64,000 bases of DNA, from the NCBI RefSeq assembly GCF_000027125.1, contig NC_017626.1. One strand, 5' to 3'. The stretch comes from Escherichia coli 042. Lineage in GTDB: Bacteria; Pseudomonadota; Gammaproteobacteria; Enterobacterales; Enterobacteriaceae. Below the pieces are notes generated by a model that was not told the origin of the DNA, ran no database searches, and was given only the letters and a program-made list of their open reading frames with translations. Below, piece by piece: positions 1 through 10,859 of this stretch (position 1 is the stretch's first letter; the number at the start of each line of letters is the position of its first letter). A program made the translations under genes and the position numbers.

Positions 1-930
1 CACCAGGCGGACAATCGGCGAGGCGTTAATCAGCACGTTTCTCGCTTTCATGTATTCGCCTAACGCGGCAGCATTTTCTTCCCCGACGCGAACAAACAGC
101 ATATTAGTGTCCTGACGCATCACATCCGCGCCTGCTTCACGCAACTGCTCCGCCATCCAGGCGGCGTTGTCGTGGTCTTCCTGTAAGCGCGCGACGTTAT
201 TTTTCAGGGCATACATCCCGGCGGCAGCCAGAATGCCGGACTGGCGCATCCCGCCACCGGTCATTTTCCGCCAGCGAATGGCACGTTTAATGTAATCACG
301 ATTACCGACCAGTAACGAGCCGACTGGCGTCCCAAGTCCTTTCGACAGGCAAATGGTGAACGAATCACAATATTGCGTGATCTCTTTCAGTTTGCGGCCA
401 TAAGCCACCACGGCATTAAAGATGCGCGCACCGTCAACATGCAGCGCCAGATTGCGCTCGCGGGTAAATTCCCATGCTTCTTTCAGGTATTCCCGCGGCA
501 GCACTTTGCCGTTGTGGGTGTTTTCCAGACTGAGTAATTTGGTGCGGGCGAAATGGATATCATCGGGTTTGATCTTCATCGCCACTTTATCCAGCGGTAG
601 CGTGCCGTCGGCAGCAGCGTCGATGGGTTGCGGCTGAATACTGCCCAGCACCGCTGCGCCACCGGCTTCAAACAGATAATTATGCGCGGCCTGACCGACG
701 ATATACTCTTCGCCGCGTTCGCAGTGACTGAGCAGAGCGACCAGGTTAGCCTGGGTGCCGGTCGGCAGAAAAATGGCGGCTTCTTTACCGGAAAGCTCTG
801 CGGCGTAGTCCTGCAGAGCATTAACGGTAGGGTCGTCTCCGTAAACGTCGTCCCCAACCGGGGCGGCCATCATTGCTTCGAGCATGGCGCGGCTCGGTCG
901 GGTAACGGTATCACTGCGTAAATCAATCAT
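1..930 (-). CDS. ltaE: Low-specificity L-threonine aldolase (PLP-dependent), 3' end cut by window start
   Basis: Reverse-strand ATG at 930-928 translates MIDLRSDTVTRPSRAMLEAMMAAPVGDDVYGDD...; frame stays open to position 1; lies directly downstream of poxB as in E. coli. Confidence 0.88.
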   Translation of the reverse strand, partial: MIDLRSDTVTRPSRAMLEAMMAAPVGDDVYGDDPTVNALQDYAAELSGKEAAIFLPTGTQANLVALLSHCERGEEYIVGQAAHNYLFEAGGAAVLGSIQPQPIDAAADGTLPLDKVAMKIKPDDIHFARTKLLSLENTHNGKVLPREYLKEAWEFTRERNLALHVDGARIFNAVVAYGRKLKEITQYCDSFTICLSKGLGTPVGSLLVGNRDYIKRAIRWRKMTGGGMRQSGILAAAGMYALKNNVARLQEDHDNAAWMAEQLREAGADVMRQDTNMLFVRVGEENAAALGEYMKARNVLINASPIVRLV

Positions 931-966
931 GGCATGTCCTTATTATGACGGGAAATGCCACCCTTT

Positions 967-2685
967 TTACCTTAGCCAGTTCGTTTTCGCCAGTTCGATC
1001 ACTTCATCACCGCGTCCGCTGATGATTGCGCGCAACATATACAAGCTAAATCCTTTGGCCTGTTCGAGTTTGATCTGCGGTGGAATGGCTAACTCTTCTT
1101 TGGCGACCACCACATCCACCAACACCGGACCGTCGATGGAGAAGGCGCGTTGCAGGGCTTCATCGATTTCAGAGGCTTTTTCTACACGAATACCCGTAAT
1201 GCCGCACGCTTCGGCAATGCGGGCAAAGTTGGTGTCGTGCAGCTCAGTACCGTCTGTCAGGTAGCCTCCGGCTTTCATCTCCATCGCCACAAAGCCCAGC
1301 ACGCTGTTATTAAAGACGATAATTTTCACCGGCAGTTTCATCTGCACTACTGAGAGGAAATCGCCCATCAACATGCTAAAACCGCCATCGCCGCACATGG
1401 CGACCACCTGACGTTCCGGCTCGGTTGCCTGCGCACCCAACGCCTGCGGCATGGCGTTAGCCATCGAACCGTGGTTAAACGAACCTAACAGGCGACGCTT
1501 GCCGTTCATTTTCAGATAACGCGCTGCCCATACTGTTGGCGTACCAACGTCACAGGTAAAGATGGCGTCATCGGCAGCAAAATGACTAATTTGCTGCGCC
1601 AGATATTGCGGGTGAATGGCTTTCTCGCTCGGTTTAGCTAAATCGTCCAGCCCTTTGCGGGCATCGCGGTAATCTTCCAGCGCTTTATCCAGAAACTTGC
1701 GATCGGTTTTTTCTTCCACCAGTGGCAGCAATGCACGCAGGGTTGATTTGATATCGCCGACCAGTGCCATATCCACCTTGCTGTGAGCGCCGATGCTGGC
1801 TGGGTTGATATCAATCTGAATAATTTTGGCATCGGTCGGGTAGAAGGCGCGGTAGGGAAATTGCGTGCCGAGTAGCACTAACGTGTCGGCGTTCATCATG
1901 GTATGGAAACCTGACGAGAAGCCGATTAACCCGGTCATTCCAACATCATACGGATTATCGTATTCGACATGCTCTTTACCGCGTAGGGCATGAACAATAG
2001 GTGCTTTAATTTTCCCGGCAAACTCAACTAACTCTTTATGCGCCCCCGCGCAGCCGCTGCCACACATCAGAGCGATATTGCTGGAGTAACGCAGCAGTTG
2101 CGCCAGTTTGCGTAACTCTTCTTCTTCCGGCGTCACGACTGGCTGTGGCGCATGATACCAGTGCGAGGTTGCCCCTTCTGGCGCAGGTTTTAACGCCACG
2201 TCGCCCGGTAATACGACAACGGAAACGCCACGGTTAAGCACCGCTTTGCGCATGGCAATCGCCAGCACTTGTGGGATTTGCTCCGGGCTGGAAACCAGCT
2301 CGCAATAGTGACTACATTCACGGAATAGCTCTTGTGGGTGGGTTTCCTGGAAATAGCCGCTGCCAATTTCGCTGGAAGGGATATGAGCGGCAATCGCCAG
2401 TACCGGAACGTGATTGCGGTGGCAATCGAACAGGCCGTTGATTAAGTGCAGGTTTCCGGGGCCGCACGATCCGGCACAGACCGCCAGTTCTCCTGAAAGT
2501 TGTGCTTCAGCGCCAGCGGCAAAGGCCGCCACTTCTTCATGGCGGGTGGACATCCACTCGATGGTGCCCATGCGATTAAGACTGTCGCTAAGACCGTTCA
2601 GAGAGTCGCCCGTGACTCCCCAGATGCGTTTCACGCCTGCCGATTCGAGTGTTTTGGCGATATAAGCTGCAACCGTTTGTTTCAT
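967..2685 (-). CDS. poxB: Pyruvate oxidase (ubiquinone-dependent, TPP/FAD)
   Basis: 572-aa [39 protein letters not shown]...; TPP-enzyme fold; matches E. coli PoxB length and N-terminus. Confidence 0.95.
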   Translation of the reverse strand: MKQTVAAYIAKTLESAGVKRIWGVTGDSLNGLSDSLNRMGTIEWMSTRHEEVAAFAAGAEAQLSGELAVCAGSCGPGNLHLINGLFDCHRNHVPVLAIAAHIPSSEIGSGYFQETHPQELFRECSHYCELVSSPEQIPQVLAIAMRKAVLNRGVSVVVLPGDVALKPAPEGATSHWYHAPQPVVTPEEEELRKLAQLLRYSSNIALMCGSGCAGAHKELVEFAGKIKAPIVHALRGKEHVEYDNPYDVGMTGLIGFSSGFHTMMNADTLVLLGTQFPYRAFYPTDAKIIQIDINPASIGAHSKVDMALVGDIKSTLRALLPLVEEKTDRKFLDKALEDYRDARKGLDDLAKPSEKAIHPQYLAQQISHFAADDAIFTCDVGTPTVWAARYLKMNGKRRLLGSFNHGSMANAMPQALGAQATEPERQVVAMCGDGGFSMLMGDFLSVVQMKLPVKIIVFNNSVLGFVAMEMKAGGYLTDGTELHDTNFARIAEACGITGIRVEKASEIDEALQRAFSIDGPVLVDVVVAKEELAIPPQIKLEQAKGFSLYMLRAIISGRGDEVIELAKTNWLR

Positions 2686-2817
2686 GGTTCTCCATCTCCT
2701 GAATGTGATAACGGTAACAAGTTTAGTTCATCTGACGGAGGGGGAAGGGATGGGAGAAAAAGGAGGCACTAACGGTTAAATAGCCCGATGACAGGAATAT
2801 CATCGGGCATAAGGCGA

Positions 2818-3786
2818 TTATGCGAGAACCAAATCTCCCTGCGGATGGCAGGAGCAGGCCAGCACGTAACCTTCAGCGATTTCGGCGTTGGTCAGCGTCA
2901 TTGTGCTGCTCACCGTATATTCACCGGAAACCACTTTCGTCTTACAGCAGCCGCAAACACCTGCACGGCAGGCGGCGACAACCGGAACTTTATTGCTTTC
3001 CAGCGCCTCCAGTAGCGTGGTGCCAACCGAGGCGTAAAATTCTCGTGCCGGTTGCAGTTTGGTGAATTTCAGACCGCTGGTCGCCGCTTCCGCTACTGGG
3101 GTGAAGAATTTCTCTTTAAAGAAACGCGTCACGCCGAGCGCTTTCACTTCCTGCTCTACCCAATCCATATACGGAGCCGGGCCACAGGTCATCACGGTAC
3201 GTGAAGCTAAGTCAGGGACACCTGCCAGCAGTTCGCGAGTGAGACGACCAGCGATAAAGCCTTCGGTAACGTTATTTTCTGCCACCAGCGTCACCGGATA
3301 GTTGCGCCACTCATCGGCGAAAATAACATCCTGCGGCGAACGCACGTTGTAGATCACCTGCACATCGGCCTGCGGACGGTTCTTCGCCAGCCAGCGACGC
3401 ATCGACATAATCGGCGTGACGCCGCAGCCTGCCGCCAGCAACAGGAATTTATCTTCTGCTTTATCGTCGCAGGTAAATTCCCCCATCGCGTCCGAAAGCC
3501 AGAGATAATCACCGCGTTTTACATCGCGCGTCAGCCACTGGGAGCCGACACCGTCATCAATCTGCCGCACAGTCAGGGTGATGTATTCACTCACGCCTGG
3601 CGTGGAGGAAATGGTGTAAGCACGCAGCGTTTCCGCTGAGTTTCGCACGCTGACCAGTGCATATTGCCCGGCGCGATATGGGTAGTAATCGTGGCAAATC
3701 AGGGAAATCGTCCACACATCCGGCGTTTCTTGCGTAATGTGATGAACCTGCATCCGCCACGGGCATTGATTCGTTGGCATCGTCAT
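2818..3786 (-). CDS. hcr: NADH oxidoreductase for hybrid-cluster protein (FNR-like flavodoxin reductase with 2Fe-2S ferredoxin domain)
   Basis: ORF 2818-3792 with start refined to MTMPTNQCPWRMQ...; C-terminal Cys cluster CRAGVCGCC; sits 11 bp downstream of hcp. Confidence 0.9.
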   Translation of the reverse strand: MTMPTNQCPWRMQVHHITQETPDVWTISLICHDYYPYRAGQYALVSVRNSAETLRAYTISSTPGVSEYITLTVRQIDDGVGSQWLTRDVKRGDYLWLSDAMGEFTCDDKAEDKFLLLAAGCGVTPIMSMRRWLAKNRPQADVQVIYNVRSPQDVIFADEWRNYPVTLVAENNVTEGFIAGRLTRELLAGVPDLASRTVMTCGPAPYMDWVEQEVKALGVTRFFKEKFFTPVAEAATSGLKFTKLQPAREFYASVGTTLLEALESNKVPVVAACRAGVCGCCKTKVVSGEYTVSSTMTLTNAEIAEGYVLACSCHPQGDLVLA

Positions 3787-3797
3787 CGACAAACTCC

Positions 3798-5450
3798 TTA
3801 CGCGCTCAACAGTTGCTTCATGTCTTCTTCAACAGTGGTGATAGAACGCAGGCCGAATTTCTCGTTCAGCACCGCCAGCAGATCTGGTGTCAGGAAACCT
3901 GGTGCAGTCGGGCCGGTGACGATATTTTTCACACCCAGAGAAAGCAGTGTCAGCAGAATGACAATCGCTTTCTGTTCAAACCAGGAGAGCACCAGTGACA
4001 GCGGCAGATCGTTGACACCGCAGCCCAGTTTTTCTGCCAGCGTTACCGCCAGAATAATTGCTGAGTAAGCATCGTTACACTGACCAGCATCCACCAGACG
4101 CGGCAGACCTTCGATATCGCCAAACTCGAGTTTGTTAAAGCGATATTTACCACAGGCGAGAGTCAGGATCAGACAGTCATCCGGCACGCTGGTGGCGAAA
4201 TCGGTGAAGTAGTGACGCTCGCCGCGTGCGCCGTCACAGCCGCCAAGCAGGAAGATATGACGCAGTTTTTCACGGCTCACCAGATCAATCAGCGTATCGG
4301 CTGCGCCAAGCAGTGTCTGGCGACCAAAGCCCACGGTGATCAGGTGCGGAATTTCGCTGTACGGGAAGCCCGCCATCTGTTGCGCCTGGGCAATGACCGC
4401 AGAGAAATCTTCGCCATCCAGATGACGCACACCCGGCCAGCCAACGATGCTGCGGGTCCAGATACGATCGTCATAAGCGCCTACGGTTGGGTCGATGATG
4501 CAGTTCGAGGTCATCACGATGGGGCCAGGGAAACGAGCGAACTCCACTTGCTGATTCTGCCAGCCGCTGCCGTAGTTACCGACCAGATGCTTGAATTTAC
4601 GCAGCTCCGGGTAGCCATGCGCAGGCAGCATTTCACCGTGGGTGTAGACATTAACGCCCGTGCCTTCGGTCTGTTCCAGCAGGTTGTAGAGATCTTTGAG
4701 ATCGTGACCGGAAATCAGAATGCATTTACCTGCCGTCGCTTTGACGTTGACCTGGGTTGGGGTCGGGTGACCGTATTTACCGGTTTCGCCTGCGTCCAGA
4801 ATGCTCATCACTTTGAAGTTCATCTGGCCGATTTCCATTGAACACTCAAGAAGCGCGTTCATATCGGCAGGCCAGGTTCCCAGCCACGCCATGATTTTAT
4901 GGTACTGGGCATAAATATCGTTGTCGTATTGACCGAGAACATGCGCGTGTTCCATATAGGCCGCCGCACCTTTCAGGCCATACAGGCACAGCAGGCGCAG
5001 GCCGAGAATGTTTTCGCCAATCGCCGCTTTATCTTTGTTAGGGGTAAATTCTGCTGCCTGACGTTGCAGCTCGCCGAGATCATCGCTCACCAGTTGCAGG
5101 TCAGCCATCGGGTTATCGACGCGGGCGTTGGCATCTACAGCCAGGCATTGTGCTTTCAGCGCCTCGCGCAGGGCAATCGCTTCACGAGCGTAGCCGACTA
5201 TACGCGGAGAATCGAAGTTAACGTTGGTCAGGGTTGAGAAAAATGCGCGTGGCGCAAAGCTGTCTACATCGTGGTTGATGATGCCGTATTCACGCGCTTT
5301 TACCGCCCAGGCCGAAAGCCCTTGCAGCGCCGCGATGAGTAAATCCTGAAGGTCAGAGGTTTCCGCCGTTTTACCACACATCCCCTGCGCGTATGAGCAG
5401 CCGTTTCCTGCCGGAGTACGGATAGTTTGTTCACATTGCACACAAAACAT
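3798..5450 (-). CDS. hcp: Hybrid-cluster protein (hydroxylamine reductase / NO-stress protein)
   Basis: ORF with start refined to [27 protein letters not shown] (N-terminal Cys motif); 550 aa. Confidence 0.93.
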   Translation of the reverse strand: MFCVQCEQTIRTPAGNGCSYAQGMCGKTAETSDLQDLLIAALQGLSAWAVKAREYGIINHDVDSFAPRAFFSTLTNVNFDSPRIVGYAREAIALREALKAQCLAVDANARVDNPMADLQLVSDDLGELQRQAAEFTPNKDKAAIGENILGLRLLCLYGLKGAAAYMEHAHVLGQYDNDIYAQYHKIMAWLGTWPADMNALLECSMEIGQMNFKVMSILDAGETGKYGHPTPTQVNVKATAGKCILISGHDLKDLYNLLEQTEGTGVNVYTHGEMLPAHGYPELRKFKHLVGNYGSGWQNQQVEFARFPGPIVMTSNCIIDPTVGAYDDRIWTRSIVGWPGVRHLDGEDFSAVIAQAQQMAGFPYSEIPHLITVGFGRQTLLGAADTLIDLVSREKLRHIFLLGGCDGARGERHYFTDFATSVPDDCLILTLACGKYRFNKLEFGDIEGLPRLVDAGQCNDAYSAIILAVTLAEKLGCGVNDLPLSLVLSWFEQKAIVILLTLLSLGVKNIVTGPTAPGFLTPDLLAVLNEKFGLRSITTVEEDMKQLLSA

Positions 5451-5546
5451 GATCACACCTTTTAAAGTTATATTTAATATACATGTTTAAGGTTAAGACG
5501 CTTAACGCAGGGATAAAAGGGATTTTTCATGCAACTTTAAGGGAGA

Positions 5547-5560
5547 TTGATTTAGCGCAA
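5547..5560 (-). promoter_or_regulatory. Candidate FNR half-site-rich box (TTGAT-N4-CGCAA) upstream of hcp
   Basis: ttgatttagcgcaa about 100 bp upstream of the hcp start; one perfect FNR half-site; hcp is known to be FNR-dependent. Assignment is tentative. Confidence 0.35.
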
Positions 5561-5593
5561 TTTTGGCGGCAGGGATCTACCGCCAGAGAGGTA

Positions 5594-6493
5594 TTACGCG
5601 GAAAAAAAGGCGATGAGGATCGGCACTAACAGGCTAAGAATAAAACCGTGAACAATCGCCGCCGGGACCATATCCAGCCCGCCAGTACGTTGAAGAACGG
5701 GCAGGGTGAAATCCATCGACGTGGCACCGCATAAGCCCAGTGCAGTAGAGCGGCTGCGGCGAATCAGCCCAGGGATCAACATAATAGCAATCAGCTCACG
5801 GGCCAGATCATTAAAAAACGCCGCGCTCCCGATTACCGGACCAAAAGATTCGGTCAATAAAATACCGGAAAGAGAATACCAGCCGAAACCGGAGGCCATT
5901 GCCAGCGCGGTATTGATGGGAAGATCAAGAATAAAGGCGTTAATTAAACCACCAATTAATGAACTGGCAATCACCACCACGGCGACAATCATTCCCCGGC
6001 GATTAAGGACAATCTGCTTTAAGGTCATGCCATTATTGCGCAACTGAATACCGACGAGGAAAAGTAGCAGAATTAAGGTGTATTCACTGGCTTCGGTCGC
6101 ATGTTGTAAGAAAGCCAGTCCACTCAGGCCAATGGCAAAACCAATCACTACTACGCCGCACAGTTTTAGCGACTCCAGCGCCATCGCAATACGCGACGGG
6201 AGTTTTTCTTGCTGGTGGTGATTGCGCCACGGCAGACCGCGCTCCAGCCACAACAACGCAATAATATTGCAGAGTAAAATAATGGTAATGCTGACGGCGG
6301 AATAATGCAGAATCGCCAACAGGTTACTGGCGAGGTTATCGAGAAACGCCAGACTGATACCCATAAAAAAGAGAATGAGGTAAACCATCCAACTTAATAG
6401 CTGATTAATAACTTTTAATGCAGCTTTTTGGCGAAGCGGAATGAGGTAACCCACAATCAGGGGAACCAGAATGATTAACAGCCCAGAAAACAT
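5594..6493 (-). CDS. lysO: Lysine exporter, inner-membrane protein (YbjE/LysO family)
   Basis: ORF 5594-6541 (GTG-extended); start refined to MFSGLLIILVPLIVGYLIPL..., giving 299 aa; highly hydrophobic. Confidence 0.8.
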   Translation of the reverse strand: MFSGLLIILVPLIVGYLIPLRQKAALKVINQLLSWMVYLILFFMGISLAFLDNLASNLLAILHYSAVSITIILLCNIIALLWLERGLPWRNHHQQEKLPSRIAMALESLKLCGVVVIGFAIGLSGLAFLQHATEASEYTLILLLFLVGIQLRNNGMTLKQIVLNRRGMIVAVVVIASSLIGGLINAFILDLPINTALAMASGFGWYSLSGILLTESFGPVIGSAAFFNDLARELIAIMLIPGLIRRSRSTALGLCGATSMDFTLPVLQRTGGLDMVPAAIVHGFILSLLVPILIAFFSA

Positions 6494-6938
6494 GAAAACC
6501 CAGTCCTTGCAAAGATGAAGTCGAAATGCGCGATGACACACTACTGAAAGCGGAAGGACGAGTAAAGTTGCAATTAAAAGGAAATGTTATGGATAAGGAT
6601 CGTTAGGGTATTCATTTTCATTTAAAGATATTCTTGCGCTTTAATTACAAACCGCACCGGTGTTGGTGGCGTCAAAATCGCCGAGGCGTTCCCTGAAGGC
6701 CGGGGCAGCCCACATGGATGTGGGCTGAGGGCGCGTTTTACAGGGATGTTACCTCGCGCCCGACCCGGTAGCCGCAAGGGATAAGTCGAGGGCACCGCGC
6801 AGCGGCGATTTTGTTCGCCAGAGCCCGGGGGTGCAGGGGGCGGCGGCGATTGGCCGCCCCCTGCGCGCTCCCTGCGCCAGTGACTATATGTGGCTTAACA
6901 CATCAAGGAGCGCAACAGGAAGATGAATCAATATATTT

Positions 6939-6966
6939 AAAAAAGGCCTGACATTGCGCCAGGCCT
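6939..6966 (-). terminator. Rho-independent terminator downstream of aqpZ
   Basis: 7-bp stem aggcctg/caggcct (6944-6950 and 6960-6966) followed on the minus strand by a T6 run (plus-strand A-run 6939-6944); 11 bp after the aqpZ stop. Confidence 0.7.
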
Positions 6967-6976
6967 TCTGCGTTAA

Positions 6977-7672
6977 TTAATTACGTTTTTCCAGCAGGGT
7001 CCGGTAAATCAGACCACCGATAATGCCGCCGACAATTGGCACCACCCAGAAGAACCACAGTTGTTCTAATGCCCAGCCGCCCTGGAAGATAGCAACCGCG
7101 GTGCTGCGCGCCGGGTTAACAGAAGTGTTAGTCACCGGAATACTGATTAAGTGAATCAGGGTTAAGGCCAGACCAATAGCGATCGGCGCAAAACCAGCAG
7201 GAGCGAATTTGTCGGTTGCGCCGTGGATCACCAGCAGGAAACCTGCACTCAATACCAGTTCAACTACCAGCGCGGAAAGCATGGAATAACCGCCTGGCGA
7301 ATGCTCGCCATAACCGTTAGAAGCAAAACCGCTGGCTGCCGCGTCAAAACCCGTTTTACCACTGGCAATTAAATACAGCAGCGCCGCTGCAACAATACCG
7401 CCGACAACCTGGGCAATTACGTAGCCAACGACTTCTTTTGCCGGAAAACGTCCGCCAGCCCATAAACCAATAGTGACCGCCGGGTTAAAATGACCACCAG
7501 AAATGTGACCAACAGCAAAGGCCATCGTCAGAACGGTCAGACCGAACGCCAACGCCACGCCGGCAAAACCAATGCCTAATTCCGGGAAGCCTGCGGCCAG
7601 TACGGCACTACCACAGCCACCAAAAACAAGCCAGAAAGTACCAAAACATTCAGCTGCTAATTTTCTGAACAT
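6977..7672 (-). CDS. aqpZ: Aquaporin Z (MIP family water channel)
   Basis: [24 protein letters not shown]...; both NPA motifs present ([14 protein letters not shown]); 231 aa. Confidence 0.94.
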   Translation of the reverse strand: MFRKLAAECFGTFWLVFGGCGSAVLAAGFPELGIGFAGVALAFGLTVLTMAFAVGHISGGHFNPAVTIGLWAGGRFPAKEVVGYVIAQVVGGIVAAALLYLIASGKTGFDAAASGFASNGYGEHSPGGYSMLSALVVELVLSAGFLLVIHGATDKFAPAGFAPIAIGLALTLIHLISIPVTNTSVNPARSTAVAIFQGGWALEQLWFFWVVPIVGGIIGGLIYRTLLEKRN

Positions 7673-8097
7673 ATCCACCTCAATTAAAAATTGACCCTGT
7701 GAAAAATATGGTCGTTTTATAGGGTCGTCGTAAAAAAGTGACGACGGAAATAATGCGCGGCTATTTTAAAAACGAAGGCAAATCATTCGCCAGATAAATA
7801 AATCCAGTAAATTTGATTTAGGGCAACAGCGGGTTGCCCCATATAGTCATTTGTCTGATTGACAGTGTAGTGCAAGCGAAAGATTTAATCCTTTAGGCGT
7901 AATAAAAAATAATTTATCATGCTAATTATTTGATTTTGTTGTTTTTGCAGGCTTATCAGCAAGAGGGAGTATAACGCGATTATTCGCTCATTTTTCAGAC
8001 ATTTGCCATGCTTAAATGTGATGTCATCACGTATTAGCATGGCCTTTCCCGTTATACTGCCAGCGTAAAGGATAAGTCACATATTTCTGGAGGGGAT

Positions 8098-9756
8098 ATG
8101 ATTCTTGAGCGCGTTGAAATTGTGGGTTTTCGCGGTATCAACCGTTTGTCGTTGATGCTGGAACAATACAACGTCCTGATTGGGGAGAACGCGTGGGGTA
8201 AATCCAGCTTGCTGGACGCCTTAACTCTGCTGCTATCGCCAGAATCAGATCTCTACCATTTTGAGCGCGACGATTTCTGGTTCCCGCCGGGAGATATCAA
8301 CGGTCGGGAACATCATCTGCATATTATTTTGACCTTCCGCGAATCGCTGCCAGGCCGACATCGGGTTCGCCGCTATCGGCCGCTGGAAGCGTGCTGGACG
8401 CCATGCACCGATGGCTATCACCGTATTTTTTATCGTCTGGAAGGGGAGAGTGCGGAAGACGGCAGCGTGATGACACTGCGCAGTTTTCTCGATAAAGACG
8501 GACATCCGATTGATGTCGAGGATATTAACGATCAGGCACGCCATCTGGTGCGTTTAATGCCGGTGCTGCGCTTGCGTGATGCCCGTTTTATGCGCCGTAT
8601 TCGTAACGGCACGGTGCCAAATGTCCCTAATGTGGAAGTCACCGCGCGCCAGCTCGATTTCCTCGCCCGTGAGTTGTCCTCACATCCGCAAAATCTCTCT
8701 GATGGACAGATTCGTCAGGGACTTTCCGCAATGGTACAGCTGCTTGAGCATTATTTCTCTGAGCAGGGGGCCGGACAGGCGCGATATCGTTTAATGCGGC
8801 GGCGAGCCAGCAATGAGCAACGAAGCTGGCGCTATCTGGATATCATCAACCGGATGATTGACCGACCTGGTGGGCGCTCGTATCGGGTTATTTTGCTCGG
8901 CCTGTTTGCTACTTTGTTGCAGGCAAAAGGCACATTGCGGCTGGATAAAGACGCCCGTCCATTATTGCTGATTGAAGATCCAGAAACCCGTTTACACCCC
9001 ATTATGCTTTCAGTTGCCTGGCATCTGTTGAACCTTCTGCCATTGCAGCGCATCGCTACTACCAACTCGGGAGAGTTGCTTTCGTTAACGCCGGTAGAGC
9101 ATGTTTGCCGACTGGTACGTGAGTCCTCTCGCGTTGCCGCCTGGCGTCTGGGACCGAGTGGCTTGAGTACCGAAGATAGCCGACGCATATCCTTTCACAT
9201 TCGTTTTAACCGTCCGTCATCGCTGTTTGCCCGTTGTTGGCTGCTGGTGGAAGGGGAAACGGAAACCTGGGTTATCAATGAACTGGCGCGTCAGTGCGGA
9301 CATCATTTTGATGCCGAAGGGATCAAGGTCATTGAGTTTGCCCAGTCCGGGCTAAAGCCACTGGTTAAATTTGCCCGGCGAATGGGGATTGAATGGCATG
9401 TACTGGTCGATGGCGATGAAGCAGGGAAGAAATATGCCGCTACGGTACGCAGCCTGTTGAATAACGATCGGGAAGCCGAACGAGAACATTTAACGGCGTT
9501 ACCGGCGCTGGATATGGAACATTTTATGTATCGGCAGGGATTTTCCGATGTGTTCCACCGCGTGGCGCAAATCCCGGAAAATGTACCGATGAATCTGCGC
9601 AAAATTATCTCGAAAGCGATCCATCGCTCTTCCAAACCCGATCTTGCCATTGAAGTGGCAATGGAGGCAGGACGTCGTGGTGTGGATTCCGTACCGACGC
9701 TGCTGAAAAAAATGTTCTCACGCGTGCTGTGGCTGGCGCGCGGTCGCGCGGATTAA
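8098..9756 (+). CDS. ybjD: OLD-family ATP-dependent nuclease-like protein (N-terminal ABC/AAA ATPase, C-terminal Toprim)
   Basis: 552-aa ORF with GGAGG RBS; Walker A GENAWGKSS; Walker B-like LLLIEDPE; Toprim-like LLVEGETE ... VLVDGDEAG. Confidence 0.85.
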   Translation: MILERVEIVGFRGINRLSLMLEQYNVLIGENAWGKSSLLDALTLLLSPESDLYHFERDDFWFPPGDINGREHHLHIILTFRESLPGRHRVRRYRPLEACWTPCTDGYHRIFYRLEGESAEDGSVMTLRSFLDKDGHPIDVEDINDQARHLVRLMPVLRLRDARFMRRIRNGTVPNVPNVEVTARQLDFLARELSSHPQNLSDGQIRQGLSAMVQLLEHYFSEQGAGQARYRLMRRRASNEQRSWRYLDIINRMIDRPGGRSYRVILLGLFATLLQAKGTLRLDKDARPLLLIEDPETRLHPIMLSVAWHLLNLLPLQRIATTNSGELLSLTPVEHVCRLVRESSRVAAWRLGPSGLSTEDSRRISFHIRFNRPSSLFARCWLLVEGETETWVINELARQCGHHFDAEGIKVIEFAQSGLKPLVKFARRMGIEWHVLVDGDEAGKKYAATVRSLLNNDREAEREHLTALPALDMEHFMYRQGFSDVFHRVAQIPENVPMNLRKIISKAIHRSSKPDLAIEVAMEAGRRGVDSVPTLLKKMFSRVLWLARGRAD

Positions 9757-10745
9757 CCGCGAAACATCGTGGCCATTTGTGGCTGAATAGCGTCGAGCAT
9801 CTCATAGCGCCGACGGTATTCAGCCCGTTTTTTACTGGCGATTTCGGCAATCTCTTTTCGTGCTATCTGTGCTGGAAGGCGGTAATGGCGTTCAGCATCA
9901 CATACGCCGCCAACCGACTCCCAGAACGCGTTGTAATCAGCATGGATCTTGCCTTCTTTATCGCGATAACGCAGGCTGCGGTAAATATGTGTTTCATTGC
10001 TGACGGCAATGATCTGCTCTACCTGCAAACGTTGGGCAAACAGACAGGCTGCTTCCATCACAAGGCGTTTGGGAAATAGCCCGTGGCAGGCTTTCGTCGC
10101 ATTCTGGATTTCCTGATGTGGAATTTCCCATTTTGCGCCTTGCAGTCCGCCAATAAACATTGTTCTTTTCCCCTGATATTCACACAGGGTAAACGTGATC
10201 TCTGCCAGAGGAATACCTTCGCTGTTGCGGAACAGGATTGTGCTGTCACCTTCTTTATCCATTGAGATCATCATGGTCAGCTCAAGTGTGAACTGCTCGC
10301 CGTTTTTGCCTTCCAGCTTCGCCAGTTGCAGCCCGGGGGTATTCAAATATAAGCTGAATTCTTCCGCCGACATACACCCGCGGAGTAACGCATAATGGTA
10401 ACGTAACGCCTCCAGCAATTGCTTACGGCTAAGATTCGCCGCAAGGTAAGGGCGATGCAGACGCACAGGCAGTCGCGGCTGGCGCGTTAACAACACATTG
10501 AGATTAGGCCAGTGGGAAAGTTCGTTCATCCACTCAACGCTTAAACGCGGCATAATCAACGAGCGCAGCAAAAATTTCTGGCGAAAACTACGGCGATGCC
10601 AGAATTTACCCGGCCGACACTGTCCACGTGCCAGACTAAGAAAAAGTGACAGGCTGCTGAGAGATTCAGATGGCGTAAAGGTCCGTTCAGTTAGCTGCGA
10701 CATATTCATGAAATCAATGGTTATACATGACGTCGATTTCACCAT
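9753..10745 (-). CDS. ybjX: VirK/YbjX-family protein (DUF535)
   Basis: 330-aa ORF convergent with ybjD; the two stop codons overlap in TTAA (9753-9756); position between ybjD and macA as in E. coli. Confidence 0.8.
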   Translation of the reverse strand: MVKSTSCITIDFMNMSQLTERTFTPSESLSSLSLFLSLARGQCRPGKFWHRRSFRQKFLLRSLIMPRLSVEWMNELSHWPNLNVLLTRQPRLPVRLHRPYLAANLSRKQLLEALRYHYALLRGCMSAEEFSLYLNTPGLQLAKLEGKNGEQFTLELTMMISMDKEGDSTILFRNSEGIPLAEITFTLCEYQGKRTMFIGGLQGAKWEIPHQEIQNATKACHGLFPKRLVMEAACLFAQRLQVEQIIAVSNETHIYRSLRYRDKEGKIHADYNAFWESVGGVCDAERHYRLPAQIARKEIAEIASKKRAEYRRRYEMLDAIQPQMATMFRG

Positions 10746-10859
10746 TGCGTATCTTAACCAAACATCAATAGTGTGATTACTAACGTAAATTTTAGGGTTT
10801 TGTTGATATTTCGTTGAAGTTAATGACCCGGATTGGCATATGGAGTATTCAGAATATTT

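Noticed and set aside
10746-10859. Possible PhoP box in the divergent ybjX/macA promoter region
   Set aside because: No clear direct repeat of the (T/G)GTTTA hexamer with 5-bp spacing could be identified by eye; left uncalled.
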